Shown: piece after piece, positions 25,769 through 36,869 of the stretch
How positions within the stretch are numbered: position 1 is the first letter of the stretch
Layout of the letters: every line of letters starts with the position of its first letter
Origin: Okamejei kenojei
Lineage: Eukaryota
Reading direction: 5' to 3'
NCBI GenBank assembly: GCA_035221665.1
Contig: CM069140.1
Span: 2,976,001 to 3,040,000 of the forward strand
Length of the DNA stretch: 64,000 nt
Notes under the pieces: generated by a model
What the model saw: the letters and a program-made list of their open reading frames with translations, nothing else
What the model was told of the DNA's origin: nothing
Database searches by the model: none
Made by a program: the position numbers and the translations under genes

Positions 25769-26570
25769 AGGGCCTGTCCCACTTAGGCGACTGCCTGCGA
25801 CTGTCATATTCGTAGCAGGTCGCCGAAACACCGGTGACTGGACCCCCCTACAACAATGTCTACGACAAGCTTCAACAACCTACCACCTAGTCGACGTCAA
25901 GCTAAGGCAAGCTACCGACCACCGGCGACCCAATCGTCGCGACTTGGGACGTCCACCTACGACAACCTACGCCGACACATTACGACAATCTACGACCACA
26001 CAGATGACAGCCGAAGTCAACCTACGTCCACTTGCGACAAGCCACGACAAGTCACGACTGTCGGAGACAACTGAAGACAATTCATGTCATTTTGGCCTCC
26101 AAAACAATGGAATCACCCAGTTATAAAAGGGGATGTATTGTTTCCAACATCTGAGGGCATTGCTCTCACAAGAAGAAGCCCTGCTGCTTGCAGCAGCCCT
26201 CATGCTTAAAGATCAGCAAGACAGAAGGACAAGAAGAATGGGGAAGAGGAAGCCCAAGAAGAGGTGTGTGTGGTTGAAGCCCTTGTCCCTGTAGACACCC
26301 AGGTTGGACCAGTATGACAACCTGATGACTGAGCTCCAGCAAGAAGATGAGGCTGCCTTCAGAAACTTCACCAGGCTTCCCCCTGAGCTGTTTCAGGAGC
26401 TGAAGACACTGGGTGGGCCCTCTCCTGGAGAAAAAGGAGACCCATGGAGGAGCCACTGTCGTAGCCTGGTGTAGCTAATCGTGTCAACTGTTGCCGATGG
26501 TAGATTGTCGCCAATATAGGCGTAGATGGACTTCACTCATGGCATCACGACTGGCTGTTGTAACTTGACT
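25769..26570 (+). mobile_element. PIF/Harbinger transposon remnant (TIR plus transposase N-terminal relic)
   Basis: Begins with AGGGCCTGTCCCACTTA, the same TIR as the MITEs at 40018 and 47831. Region ~26260-26445 reads RCVWLKP...QYDNLMTELQQEDEAAFRNFTRLPPELFQELKTL/VGPLLEKKET, a Harbinger-type transposase N-terminus. The right end is not identified. Confidence 0.65.
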
Positions 26571-26793
26571 TCTGTGCTCTATCTACCTCATTTGAGACCC
26601 TCGGACTATCTTTGATCGGAATTTACAGGTTTTATCTTGCACTGAACTTTATTCATGTTATTCCATCATGTTTCTGCTCACTGTGCTCGATTGTAATCAT
26701 GTATTGTCCGTCTGTTGTCTGGTTAACACGCAACTAAAGCTTTTCACTGTACCTCGGTACATGTGACAATAAACTCCTCAAACTCAACTCAAA

Positions 26794-27005
26794 CTGACCG
26801 GTCTCTCTCAGTCCTCTCTCTCAGGGGGATATCTGTACACTGACCGGTCTCTCTCAGTCCCACTCTCTCAGGGGGATATCTGTACACTGACTGGTGAACC
26901 TTAGCCCCTCTCTCCCAAGGGGATATCTACATTGACAGGTGTCCCTCTCTCTCAGGGGGATATCTGTACACCGACTTTTAACTCAGCCCCTCACTGGGGT
27001 ATCTG
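26794..27005. repeat. ~46-bp degenerate tandem repeat (4-5 copies) upstream of the VH promoter
   Basis: Unit ctgaccggtctctctcagtcc(t)ctctctcagggggatatctgtaca. More decayed copies at ~24910-25570. Confidence 0.8.
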
Positions 27006-27244
27006 AGTGACCTCTTGCTCCACAAAGTGTTCAGCATTGTAATGAGTGGATGGAGCAGAGTGTGATCAATCTTTAATCCGGACCTCATCATTGCCCCTCC
27101 ACCCGCCACCTGTTGTGGAGACAAACATCTTTTGGGGAATTGAACTGGGTGCTGGGGGCAGGGACAGGAAGCCGCGCCTCTGGTTTCAGTGGGTGGGAAC
27201 CTGTTCAAGCCGCGGCTCCCTCTCTCTCTCACAGCTCACTTGCC

Positions 27245-27252
27245 TATTTAAA
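27245..27252 (+). promoter_or_regulatory. TATA-like box of the IgW VH promoter
   Basis: TATTTAAA ~90 nt upstream of the leader ATG. An E-box CACCTG (27107-27112) and an Ets-like ACAGGAAG lie upstream. Confidence 0.6.
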
Positions 27253-27340
27253 CAGCGCTGACTGCGGCTCCGGACAAAGCCGGCCTGAGCTGAAGCCGCC
27301 CATTCCTGGAGTGTCCAAGTGTGTGTCAGTGCTCAGAGTG

Positions 27341-27386
27341 ATGGGGGTCGCTGCTTATCTCTGTCTCCTTCTGTCCTGTCTGCCAG
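27341..27386 (+). CDS. IGHV: IgW VH leader exon (signal peptide MGVAAYLCLLLSCLP-G)
   Basis: 46-nt exon, phase-1 donor g|gtgggt, ~100-nt intron to the V exon. Confidence 0.93.
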
Positions 27387-27487
27387 GTGGGTGTCGTCCC
27401 CACTCGGGGCCGGGCTGCTTCTCGGACACTCTTTCACCCTCTGCCTCTTCAACTGTTTATTCAACTTTGTTTCTCTTTTATTGGCAG

Positions 27488-27784
27488 GCGTTCGATCCGC
27501 GGTCGTGCTGAATCAGACCCCGACCGCGGTGGCAAAGCCCGGAGAGTCCCACAAACTGACCTGTGAAACCAGCGGGTTCAGCCTCAGCAGCTACGGCGTG
27601 CACTGGGTGAAGCAGGTCCCCGGGAAAGGGCTGGAGTGGGTTGGGGTAGTGTGGGGTATGGTAGCAAAGCATACGCGCCTGCCTTCCGCGGCCGATTCGA
27701 GGTTTCCAAGGACAGCAGCAACGTCTATCTCCAAATGAACCGCCTGAGTCTGAGCGACACGGCCATCTATTACTGTGCGAGAGA
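27488..27784 (+). CDS. IGHV: IgW VH gene segment; 1-nt frameshift in CDR2 as assembled
   Basis: Acceptor ggcag|; [12 protein letters not shown]...[30 protein letters not shown], then after a -1 shift near 27653-27657 [41 protein letters not shown]. Confidence 0.93.
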
Positions 27785-27823
27785 CACAGTGAGAGGAAGC
27801 GGGGCCGGGCCGGGACAACAACC
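27785..27823 (+). promoter_or_regulatory. VH recombination signal sequence (23-RSS)
   Basis: CACAGTG + 23 nt + ACAACAACC. Confidence 0.93.
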
Positions 27824-28032
27824 CAGGGGAGAGAGAACCTGCCCTCAGCTCGGAGCCAAGCGCCGTGGGTGGAACTGGAGTCACGGGTCGATCAGGCCCG
27901 GTGTCCGTCTCTGAGACACGGTCAATGGTTGGGCGAGAAGGAACATCGATGAACAGAGAGAGACCTTGGGCTCCAAGTTGACAGTCGGACGTGCGGAGCG
28001 ACTGTGGCTCGGAGACTGTGAGAGAGGGTGGG

Positions 28033-28112
28033 GGTTATTGTACGGCGGTGAATCACAGTGACTATATGGGGTGGCACAGTGTGAGAGATGGGACTTCCTC
28101 CATACAAAAACC
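28033..28112 (+). other. DH1 segment (coding 28061-28074, ACTATATGGGGTGG) with 5' 12-RSS and 3' 22-RSS
   Basis: GGTTATTGT-12-CACAGTG [D] CACAGTG-22-ACAAAAACC. Confidence 0.92.
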
Positions 28113-28438
28113 TGCCGCAACCAAACGCTTTAAATCACGTCTCTGGGCGCTGCGGCCGCCGCCTTTCCCCGGGACCCGTGGATATAAACCAGATCCCGAG
28201 TGCATCATCTGGCACAGGGAACAAGTTCCACTGGAGATGTGGGAACACAAGCAGCGAGGAGCCGCTGTGGGTCGAGGCACGGTGACAGTCGCGGTGGGTT
28301 ATCTCCTGTCCACCACAGGGCTGCAATGGCCGAGACTGGGCGCTGCTGTGTGGGACACACGGACACAGATGGATGGGGCTTGAATTAAGCCGCTGCCCAC
28401 TCTGGCCACGGTGGACCTCGGGCTGGATGTGGGAGCGC

Positions 28439-28503
28439 AGTTTGTGAGCGGCGGTGAATCACCGTGATACTGGCCCACGGCGGCGGAGAGCTGAACAAAA
28501 ACT
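28439..28503 (+). other. DH2 segment (coding 28467-28475, ATACTGGCC) with 12/12 RSS
   Basis: AGTTTGTGA-12-CACCGTG [D] CACGGCG-12-ACAAAAACT. The 5' spacer differs from D1's by one base. Confidence 0.85.
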
Positions 28504-28827
28504 GCCCCCGACAAATGAGCGTCCGCAGCGCAGTCTGTCTCCACCCATTGTGCATTGCTGCTTGCCAGTCAAATCCCTGAAGCCTGGCTCGCATTGCAGG
28601 GAAGAAATGTCAATTTCTGGCCGGTTAAAAGCCCGAAAGGAGGCGATTGTGTTTGTGAGGGACGGCCAGAGCCGGTGGCAGCAGATTGCAAAACTGCCTC
28701 TTTTATTCACACCAGACGTTGAACAAGGACGGAGATTGGGATGGAAATGCAGGAAGCGGCTGCTCCTGGTCTGGGCAGAGTTCACGTTGACACTTTGCTG
28801 AGATTATTGGACGTGGAGGGCGAGTGG

Positions 28828-28866
28828 AGTTATTGTACTGACGGAGTGGGAAGATGGAGCAGTGTG
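28828..28866 (+). promoter_or_regulatory. JH recombination signal sequence (23-RSS)
   Basis: AGTTATTGT + 23 nt + CAGTGTG. Confidence 0.88.
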
Positions 28867-28914
28867 ACTATCTTGAATACTGGGGTGCAGGAACCTCGCT
28901 GACAGTGACTTCAG
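28867..28914 (+). CDS. IGHJ: IgW JH segment (YLEYWGAGTSLTVTS)
   Basis: WGxG motif; phase-1 donor g|gtaaga. Confidence 0.95.
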
Positions 28915-29229
28915 GTAAGACCAATTCCTCAATTCCATTTTACCCAGTTGTGTTTTATTAATTTATGGTTTTTGCGAATTCTGTAATTGACCTGAACTCG
29001 GTGAGATATTTGGAACAATTGCACGGATTTCCCGGAGACAGGCGGGTTTCTCCAGAGTTAGAATCTACCCAGCAACAGTACATTTCCCAGTACGTTAAAC
29101 TGCCCCACAGGCTGTTCTTTCCCAGAGTCTCGCCATCATCTGCCTTCAGTCCTTCTTGTGCATGCCGACCAAGCTGGCTTTCTGGGCTCGTCCCATTGGC
29201 CATATATCCTTCTCATCCATATACCGGAT

Positions 29230-30400
29230 TTATCTGATAATCGTAATTCTATCTGTTTTTATAGTTTCTTCTGGCAACTCATTCCAGATACTGCCGACCC
29301 AATGTGAATAAAAATGCCCCTGAAGTCCCCTTTTAAATATCTCCCCACGCACCTTACGCCTGTGCCCTCTTGTTTTAGAAACCTCTATCCTGGGAAAAAG
29401 CCTGTGAGCGTGCACCTCATCCATGCCCCTCATGATCTTGTTCACATCAATAAGGTTGCCGCCTAGTCCTTTGCTCCAAAGAAAAAAAAAACACCTTATC
29501 CTCCCTCTCCCTAAAACAGAACCCCACATATCCAGACAATATCTTGGTGAATCTTTCCCAAGTTCTTTCCAATATAATGCCATCCTGTAGCTGGGTGACC
29601 AGATCTGCACAGTACTTACTCCAAGCGTGGTCTCACCAATGACCTGTACAGCTGCATCATCATGTCCCAACTTTTATACTCGGTACCCTTCCCATTGAAG
29701 GCAGTCTGCCAACAGCCACCCCAGCTCCCTGTCCACCTAACTCTCCACTCTCAGAGAACCATGCCCCTGCATTTCCACATCTGTCTATTCTACAACATTC
29801 TCCAGGCTCTACCATTTACTGTGGAAGTCCAGTCCTGGTTTGATCTACCAAAGTTCAACACCGCCTCACTTGTCAGAGTTAAATTACATTTGGCATTCCT
29901 TGGCTCCCCTTCCCAACTGATCTAGATCTTCTTGTAAACTTATCCTTCTCACTGTCCACTCATGCACTGATTTTGGTGTCATCTGCAAACTTAATATCAA
30001 TGTCCATTATATTGTATGGCAAACTGTTAATGGAGATAACCAACAACAGTGGTCTCAGCACTGACCCCTGCAGCAGTCCACTTCCTCCAAGCTAATTTAA
30101 CTCATGTTGGGTTTCATATGATCTAACCTACCATGCCAGCCCACGATGCCAGACTTTGTTGAACCCTTTCAGGTTCATGAGGCACAATTTCCCCAACACA
30201 AGCCCGGCTGTCCCTAATCCTTGGCCCACCCTCCCAAGTGATCTAGATCTTGTAAACTTAGGTCTATCCCTAATCAGTCCGTGCCTATCCAAATACTGGT
30301 AGTTCCTGTCCCTAAGGACATTCCCACCAATGATGTCAGGCTCACTGCTGTAGATCCCTGGCTTGGCCCTAATGTCCTTCTTCAATTACGTGTCAGTATC
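29230..30400 (-). mobile_element. Old CR1/L2-type LINE fragments in the J-C1 intron
   Basis: Degenerate RT 3' motifs (VQIWSPSYR, GNLIDVNKIMRG, RGHRRKVRGE). Confidence 0.65.
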
Positions 30401-31369
30401 AGCCACCCTCCAGTCTTTTGGAGATTAATCTGCCTGTTTGCACACTATCAATCTATGACGCTATGACTCCAGTACCTGCTCCCGCAAAGCTATCCCATCA
30501 AACACATCCAGGTCAGACAGAGCACGAGTCAAATGCTGAATAAATCTCCCTGTGTCACTGTGCTGTCAGCTACAGATTAGATACAAAGTTCCATCTGTCC
30601 TGTCCCAATGCTCCCAGGGAAGGGACAGCACAGGGACAGAAGGAGTGAGGCTCCTTCCAACCTGTCCACACACACCCAGGGTACGGGTTAGACACTGAGT
30701 GAAGTTCCCTCTACACTGTTACATACTCCCAGTGCAGGGACAGAGTGCTTGACACAGAGTCAAGCTCCCTCTATGTTGCTCTGTCAAACACTCCTTGTGT
30801 AAATGCTTCAGAACACAGAACATTCTCTAGATTGTAAAACAAATTGATGCTGTTTGGTTCAAAAACAAAGGTTCACAATAATGAATGATTTGAACATAAT
30901 GAGAGACTGTTGTCCATGGTTCTAGATGGGGGTTTTAGTACACCAGGTTTTCTTTGCGTCTTGTATTGAATTTCAACATTTAGAGATCATTAGTAAGTCA
31001 ATACCTTTTATTCATGTGGCAATTCAACTGAAGCCCGTACTGTCTCTAATTCCTTGACTTAAAGTCACACGTTGCTTGGTGGTTCAGTATTGATGTGATA
31101 GAGAACTGGCTTTTCCAGTTCAGACTGGAGGAACGCTCTAAATTTTGAGTCCTCCGTCAGTGACGGGTCCAACAAGTTTTCATTAACCAGGGCTGCTGGC
31201 AGACAGTGACTCAGTGGGGTGCAACAGGCACCTTTCAGTGCTGGAGCCACAGGCAGTGAGGCATGTTACAATATACATTCAGCCGTGATTTGGACGAGGG
31301 ACTGTACCCAATGCACACAGCAGTATGACAAAGCTGGTGGGGGGAAGTGTTGCGATGCTGTGAGGAGGA

Positions 31370-32285
31370 TGCTACGGATCAGGCTGCAGGATGACTTGGA
31401 TAGACTGGGTGAGTGGGCAAATGGATGTGCAGTATAATGTGGATAAATGTGAGTTTCCACTTTGGTGGCAAAATTGTCCTTACAGGAAGGTAGACTATTA
31501 TTTGAATGGTGGCCGATTAGGAAAAGGGGAGATGCAACGAGACCTGGGTGTCATGGTACACTAGTCATTGAAAGTAGGCATGCAGGTGCAGCAGGCTGTG
31601 AAGAGAGCGAATGGTATGTTGGCATTCACAGCAAAAGGATTTGAGTACAAGAGCAGGGAGGTTCTACTGCAGTTGTACAGGTCTTGGTGAGGCCACACCC
31701 CGTGCAGTTTTGGTCTCCTAATCTGAGGAAAGACATTCTTGCCATAGAGGGAGTACAGAGAAGGTTCACCAGCTGATTCCTGGGATGGCACGACTTCCAT
31801 ATGAAGAAAGACTCCCCACCCCGGATAGACCCGGCTTGTACTCGCTCCCCACCCCGGACCCATTTAGAAGATTTAAGGGTGATCTCACCCCGAGACTTAC
31901 AAAATTCTTAAGAGGTTGGACAGGCTAGATGCAGGAAGATTGTTCCCCGATGTTGGGGAAGTCCACCCCGGACAAGGGGTCACAGTTTAAGGATAGGGGA
32001 AGTCTTTTAGGACCCAGATGAGAAAATCGTTTTTCACACAGAGAGTGGTGAATCTGTGGAATTTTCTGCCACAGAAGGTAGTTGAGGCCAGTTCGTTGGC
32101 AATATTTAAGAGGGAGTTGGATGTGGCCCTTGTGGCTGAAGGGATCAGGGGGTATGGAGAGAAGGCACCCCGGTACAGGATACTGAGTTGGATGATCAGC
32201 CATGATCATATTGAATGGCGGTGCAGGCTCGAAGGGCCGAATGGCCTGCTCCTGCACCTAATTTCTATGTTTCTATGTTTTCTAT
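31370..32285 (+). mobile_element. CR1 LINE 3' fragment with anomalous C-run insertions
   Basis: RLQDDLDRLGEWA...FTQRVVNLWNFLP; (TTTCTATG)n tail. Confidence 0.85.
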
Positions 32286-33301
32286 TCTTCATTGTGAATT
32301 CACTGATGCACCCAGTTTAGATTCTGAGTCAAGTTGCTTGGTGTTTTTGACCCAGTCCTCACCCCAGAGTCCTTTGCTGCACAATCCTCACCCCAGCACC
32401 TCCTGACCACATTAGGAACATTGATCCAAATTAAAGTGCAGTCACCACCTGCTGATCCCGGGATGGAAAACACCGTGAGCTGCAAATCTCGCCGCCTGAC
32501 ATTATTGAGCCTCCTGCACGAAAACACTCGGCAGCTCGGGCAGCATCTGTGGGGAGAGAAGCAGAATCACCCTTTCACTTCAGTGCTCTTTCATCAAACT
32601 CTTTCAGTACAGTTTCTGACAACCACACTATTTCCACTTCTATTTGATGGTTTTTTATTTTGTTGAAGGTTTCCACAACCCCTGGACATCGCAAAGCATT
32701 TCCCAGCCCATTAATCTCAGAGACATAGAGTCATACAGCACGGAAACAAGCCCTTCAGCTCAGCTCATGCAAGGCAGCCTGATGCCCCATGTATGCTGGT
32801 CCCACTTGCCCATGTTTACCTCATGTCCTCTAATCCTTTGCTATCCATGTACCTGGCCATGTGCCTTTTAAATGCTGTTATTGTACCTGCCTCAACTGTT
32901 TCCTCTGGCAGCCTGTTCCATATACCCACCGCCCTGTGTATGAGAAAGTTCCCCACACATTCCTGTTAAATCTTGTTCCTCACATCTTACACCTACATCT
33001 TGATTCCCCTATCCTGTGTAAAAGACCGTGCATTCACCCTATCTATTCCCCTCATGATTTTATACACCTTTACAGTATCACTCTTCTGCCTTCTAGAGGT
33101 ATAAAGGAGTAAAGTCCGAGCCTGCCCTACTTTTCCCTCCAGCTCTGGCCCTCGAGTCCTGGCAACATTCTTGTAAATCTTCTCACCACTCTTCTAGCCT
33201 AATGATATCTTTCCTAGAGTAGCTTGATGAAAACTCAACATTGTATTCCAAATTCAGCCTCACCGATTTCTTGTAACACTCGAGTATAACATCCAACTTC
33301 T

Positions 33302-34204
33302 GAACTCTCATTTTAACGGACCATGGTGTAGGGGGGATAGTATCCGTTATTACCGAATGTCCGCTTTAAACGAGTAAGGTATTACCCATGTGTGTAGTTT
33401 AAACAAAGAATGCAGATGCTGGTTAATACACAAAAGACACAAAGTGCTGGAGTAACTCAACTGGTCAGGGAGCATCTCTGGAGAACATCGATAGCTGAGG
33501 TGGGGACTCTTCTTCAAACTGATTCAGTCTGCTGGGTTACTCAAACACTTTGTGTCATTTCACCTTAAAACCAGGCACCATTGCCTCTGCTCTGCATCAG
33601 CGAGTCCTTCTTCATCCACCGCACGGCCCGGTGACACGGCTGTGGTTGTGGCTCACATTGTAGCCTCTGGCTGGCAGTGCTTTCTTCAGGCTGCTGCCAC
33701 TGACAGGGTGCACGGTCACCATGGGGCACCCTCACCTCTCACCAGCTGCTGCTGCTTCCAAGGTGCAGTATGTTGGTGACTCCAGGGAGAAGGAGGAGGA
33801 GATGGCGGTGGAGGGGGGGGGGGGGAAGAGGCCGAGTGGACAGAGCGAGGGGAGGACGAGGGGGAGATGGTGGTCGAGCAGGAAGTGGACAAAGTGAAGA
33901 GCCGACAGGTTGAAGCAGCAGCAGGTGGGAGGGGAGGGAGCCTCATGGTGACCAAGCACATCCTGTCGAGGACGGCAGCTTGAAGAAAGCGCTCATCTTG
34001 GGGGCTCCTTGAGCCACAACAACAGCAGCATCACGGACCATACGGTGGTGGGTGAAGAAGGGCTCACTTCCGAGTCGGGGATGGAGTTGGAAGCCGGGGC
34101 TCTAAGCGGTCAAGAGCTATGCGTGGCAGGGTGGTATCGGCAGGTCCGTCCGTTATATCCAAAATCTGTTATAAAGGGGTCCGTTAAAATGAGGGGTTAC
34201 TGTA
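33302..34204. mobile_element. Tigger/pogo-like non-autonomous DNA transposon
   Basis: Left end ctctcattttaacggacc is the inverse of the right end ggtccgttaaaatgaggggttactg followed by TA. Confidence 0.6.
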
Positions 34205-34683
34205 TATCAATTCCCTGACTCATGAAGAGCTTTTTTTTTACCAACCTATTTACCTGTGACAACGCTTCCTGGGATCTGTGTACCTGTGCTCCAAGATCCC
34301 TTAGTTGGACAACACTCCCCGGGGCCCAGTATTGAGGAAGGTCCACAACAGGCCAGATCTAGCACCATTTGGCCCGGTGGTTGTGGATATGGTCCATCTG
34401 GCACCGTACCATGTGCTTCCTGACCTGGGACACATCACCCACAGCACAGGCCGGCTTGTCCCTCTGGTTGGCAGAAGTTGCTTCACCAGTGTGAGATCAG
34501 CATTTCACTGCTTGGTCATGCACGGTGTGAAAGGGATTGGGAAAGGAACCATTTCTCTGCTCTGCCTGGCCTTCTCTCAGCCTGAATCACCTGCATTTAC
34601 TCAGCAATCAGCATGAACCTGTTGCATGTGCTGGTAATAATCCATTTACTACAGAACCAACTGTTACTTTATTTACATTTCAG

Positions 34684-34992
34684 ATATTAAGACCTTGCCT
34701 TCAGTCCACATCACCTCTTCCTGCAACACAGAATCTGGCCAAGAGATCAGCATCCTCTGTCTGGTCAAGGACTACCAGCCTCAGATCATCAGTCAGACAT
34801 GGTCCACCAGCAGTGGGGACATCAACACTGGAATCACAAAGTACCCACCAGTGTTGGGACAAAACAACAAGTACACAATGAGCAGCTTGCTGCGAGTCCC
34901 TATTGCAGATTGGAACAGGAATAACGTCTACTACTGCAAGGCAGGATACAAGCCGGACAACATGGTGACAACGGCGTTCCAGAAGCCTCAAG
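34684..34992 (+). CDS. IgW: IgW constant exon C1
   Basis: tttcag| DIKTLPSVHITSSCNTESGQEISILCLVKDYQP...QTW...YPPVL...DWNRNNVYYCKAG...KPQ g|gttagt. The extra N-terminal Cys is a likely light-chain link. Confidence 0.93.
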
Positions 34993-36186
34993 GTTAGTGT
35001 GGGATTTTGTTGTCCATTTAAAGCTAATGATAGAACTGAAGTGGAAGCCTTTGTCGAACAATGTAGGAGGAAGTGAATTACTTATTTTGCTCATTCATTC
35101 TCCTCCTATCAGCCAGAGTGCTGCTGCTCAAGGAAAAAGACAGTGAGAATTTATGTGGAAGGAGATAATGGTGGGGGGTGGGGGTTCAGGGAGGAAGCAT
35201 CTCGTCATGATCTGCCTCCATTCTATCCACTGCTTTGTCTAATTCCTGCAGCTCTCTCCCACCCCAAACACCTCCCTGCAGATCAGCTGCTGTGCACAGA
35301 GCCACACCTATTGTGCCCGTGCACAGTGTGGAGATTTAAACCTTCCTCACTCTTCCTGCATTTTCCCATCAACCCTGCAGCCGACCCCTCACCAAGTGAA
35401 ATCCAATCTCCTGGTGGAAATGACATGAATCTGCTTCCACTCTCACTTTTAACCACTGCCTTCCAGTTCTGATCAAATCATTTCTGTCATAACAAACTAA
35501 GTTTCTCATCCATTTGACCTCCTTTCCCATTAAACTTAAAGTTGTGTCAGAAGGAACTGCAGATGTTGGTTTAAAGTGAAGTTAGACAGCTGGAGTAACT
35601 CAGCGGGTCAGGCAGCATCTCTGGAGAAAAGGAGTTGGTGGCGTTTTGGGATGAGACCCCTCTTCAGACTGTCGGGAAATGGAAAAGAGAGATATAGACA
35701 ATTATATAGAGAGATATAGAACTAATGAACTAAAAGATATGCAAAAAAATAATGCTGATAAAGGAAACAGGCCATTGTTAGCTGTGGGCTAGGTGAAAAC
35801 GAGTTACAGACAAAGTAGAGGTGAAGACAACTTAAAGTTGTGATTCCCAAACCTCCTGCCAGTAGAAACAGTTGTGTCATCTGTTACTGTGTCTGCTCCA
35901 GCACCCACTGAGATCACGGATGGTCTGTACGCCACTTACCCACCTCCACCCATACCACTGCAGAGTGGCCCACACTGCTGGGGAGGCCTGTGTTCTAACC
36001 CAGCCTCCCAATCACAGCTCTGACCAGCACTTCACTGTGGGACCCACCGTATCAACACATCACCGGCATATCACCAGCATTGTGGGGAGGGCTGGTTCTG
36101 GGGCACTTGCCCCAGATGCTGGGAGAGTGAAATCCTACACTGTGGCTGAAGGAATCATGTAATAACAGATATTAAATATGTTGCAG

Positions 36187-36501
36187 CTTCCAGAGCTCCA
36201 CAGCTCATCCCCCTTGTTCCATCCCCGGAGGTTCTCCACAATCAAACAACTGCTGTCCTGGGCTGCATGATATTCGGATTCTCTCCTGACGATATTACAG
36301 TTTCCTGGAAAAAAGCTGGAAAAAAGCTTAATCAAGCGGGCGTTGTTCTCCCGTCCACTCCGAGAACTAAAGGTGGATTTGAAACAGTTGCTTACCTGCC
36401 GTTGCATGTGGAGGAATGGACCAACAAACAGGTATATACTTGTGAAGTGACCCACGCACCTTCCGGCTTCAGCGGCAGGATCAACATGCGATATCAAGAG
36501 G
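36187..36501 (+). CDS. IgW: IgW constant exon C2
   Basis: ttgcag| ASRAPQLIPLVP...LGCMIFGFSPDDITVSW...EEWTNKQVYTCEVTH...RYQE g|gtgagt. Confidence 0.93.
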
Positions 36502-36869
36502 GTGAGTCGTGTCTGTTAATTTATTTACAGCATTAAACAACCTTACTGACATTTCCACCAAATTCCTGTCCCTGAGATCAGTCCTGTTGAGCGATGTATT
36601 ATGTTCAGATTTGGCTTTTTGCAATTTAAGCCAATGCTTTCCATCAGTAATTCTAACTAACTCAGAGAACATGTAGAGAGGAAGCACACCAGTGTGTTTA
36701 CTCTCACTCCTTTAGTTGCCTTTGTGTGCAGTGGTAAGAAAAATGGGACAGTGAATAAACCACAGGTCCCATTTGATATCCGGAGAAGATCTCTCTTCCC
36801 TTCTCACTGTCTTCTTTGTGTTAGTTTCTCCAAATCTATCTTTTTCCACTGTTTCCTGAGTGTTCTGTA

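Noticed and set aside
28278-28284. Extra heptamer-like CACGGTG (also near 28407), suggesting a third D segment
   Set aside because: No nonamer at 12 or 22/23 spacing and no paired RSS.
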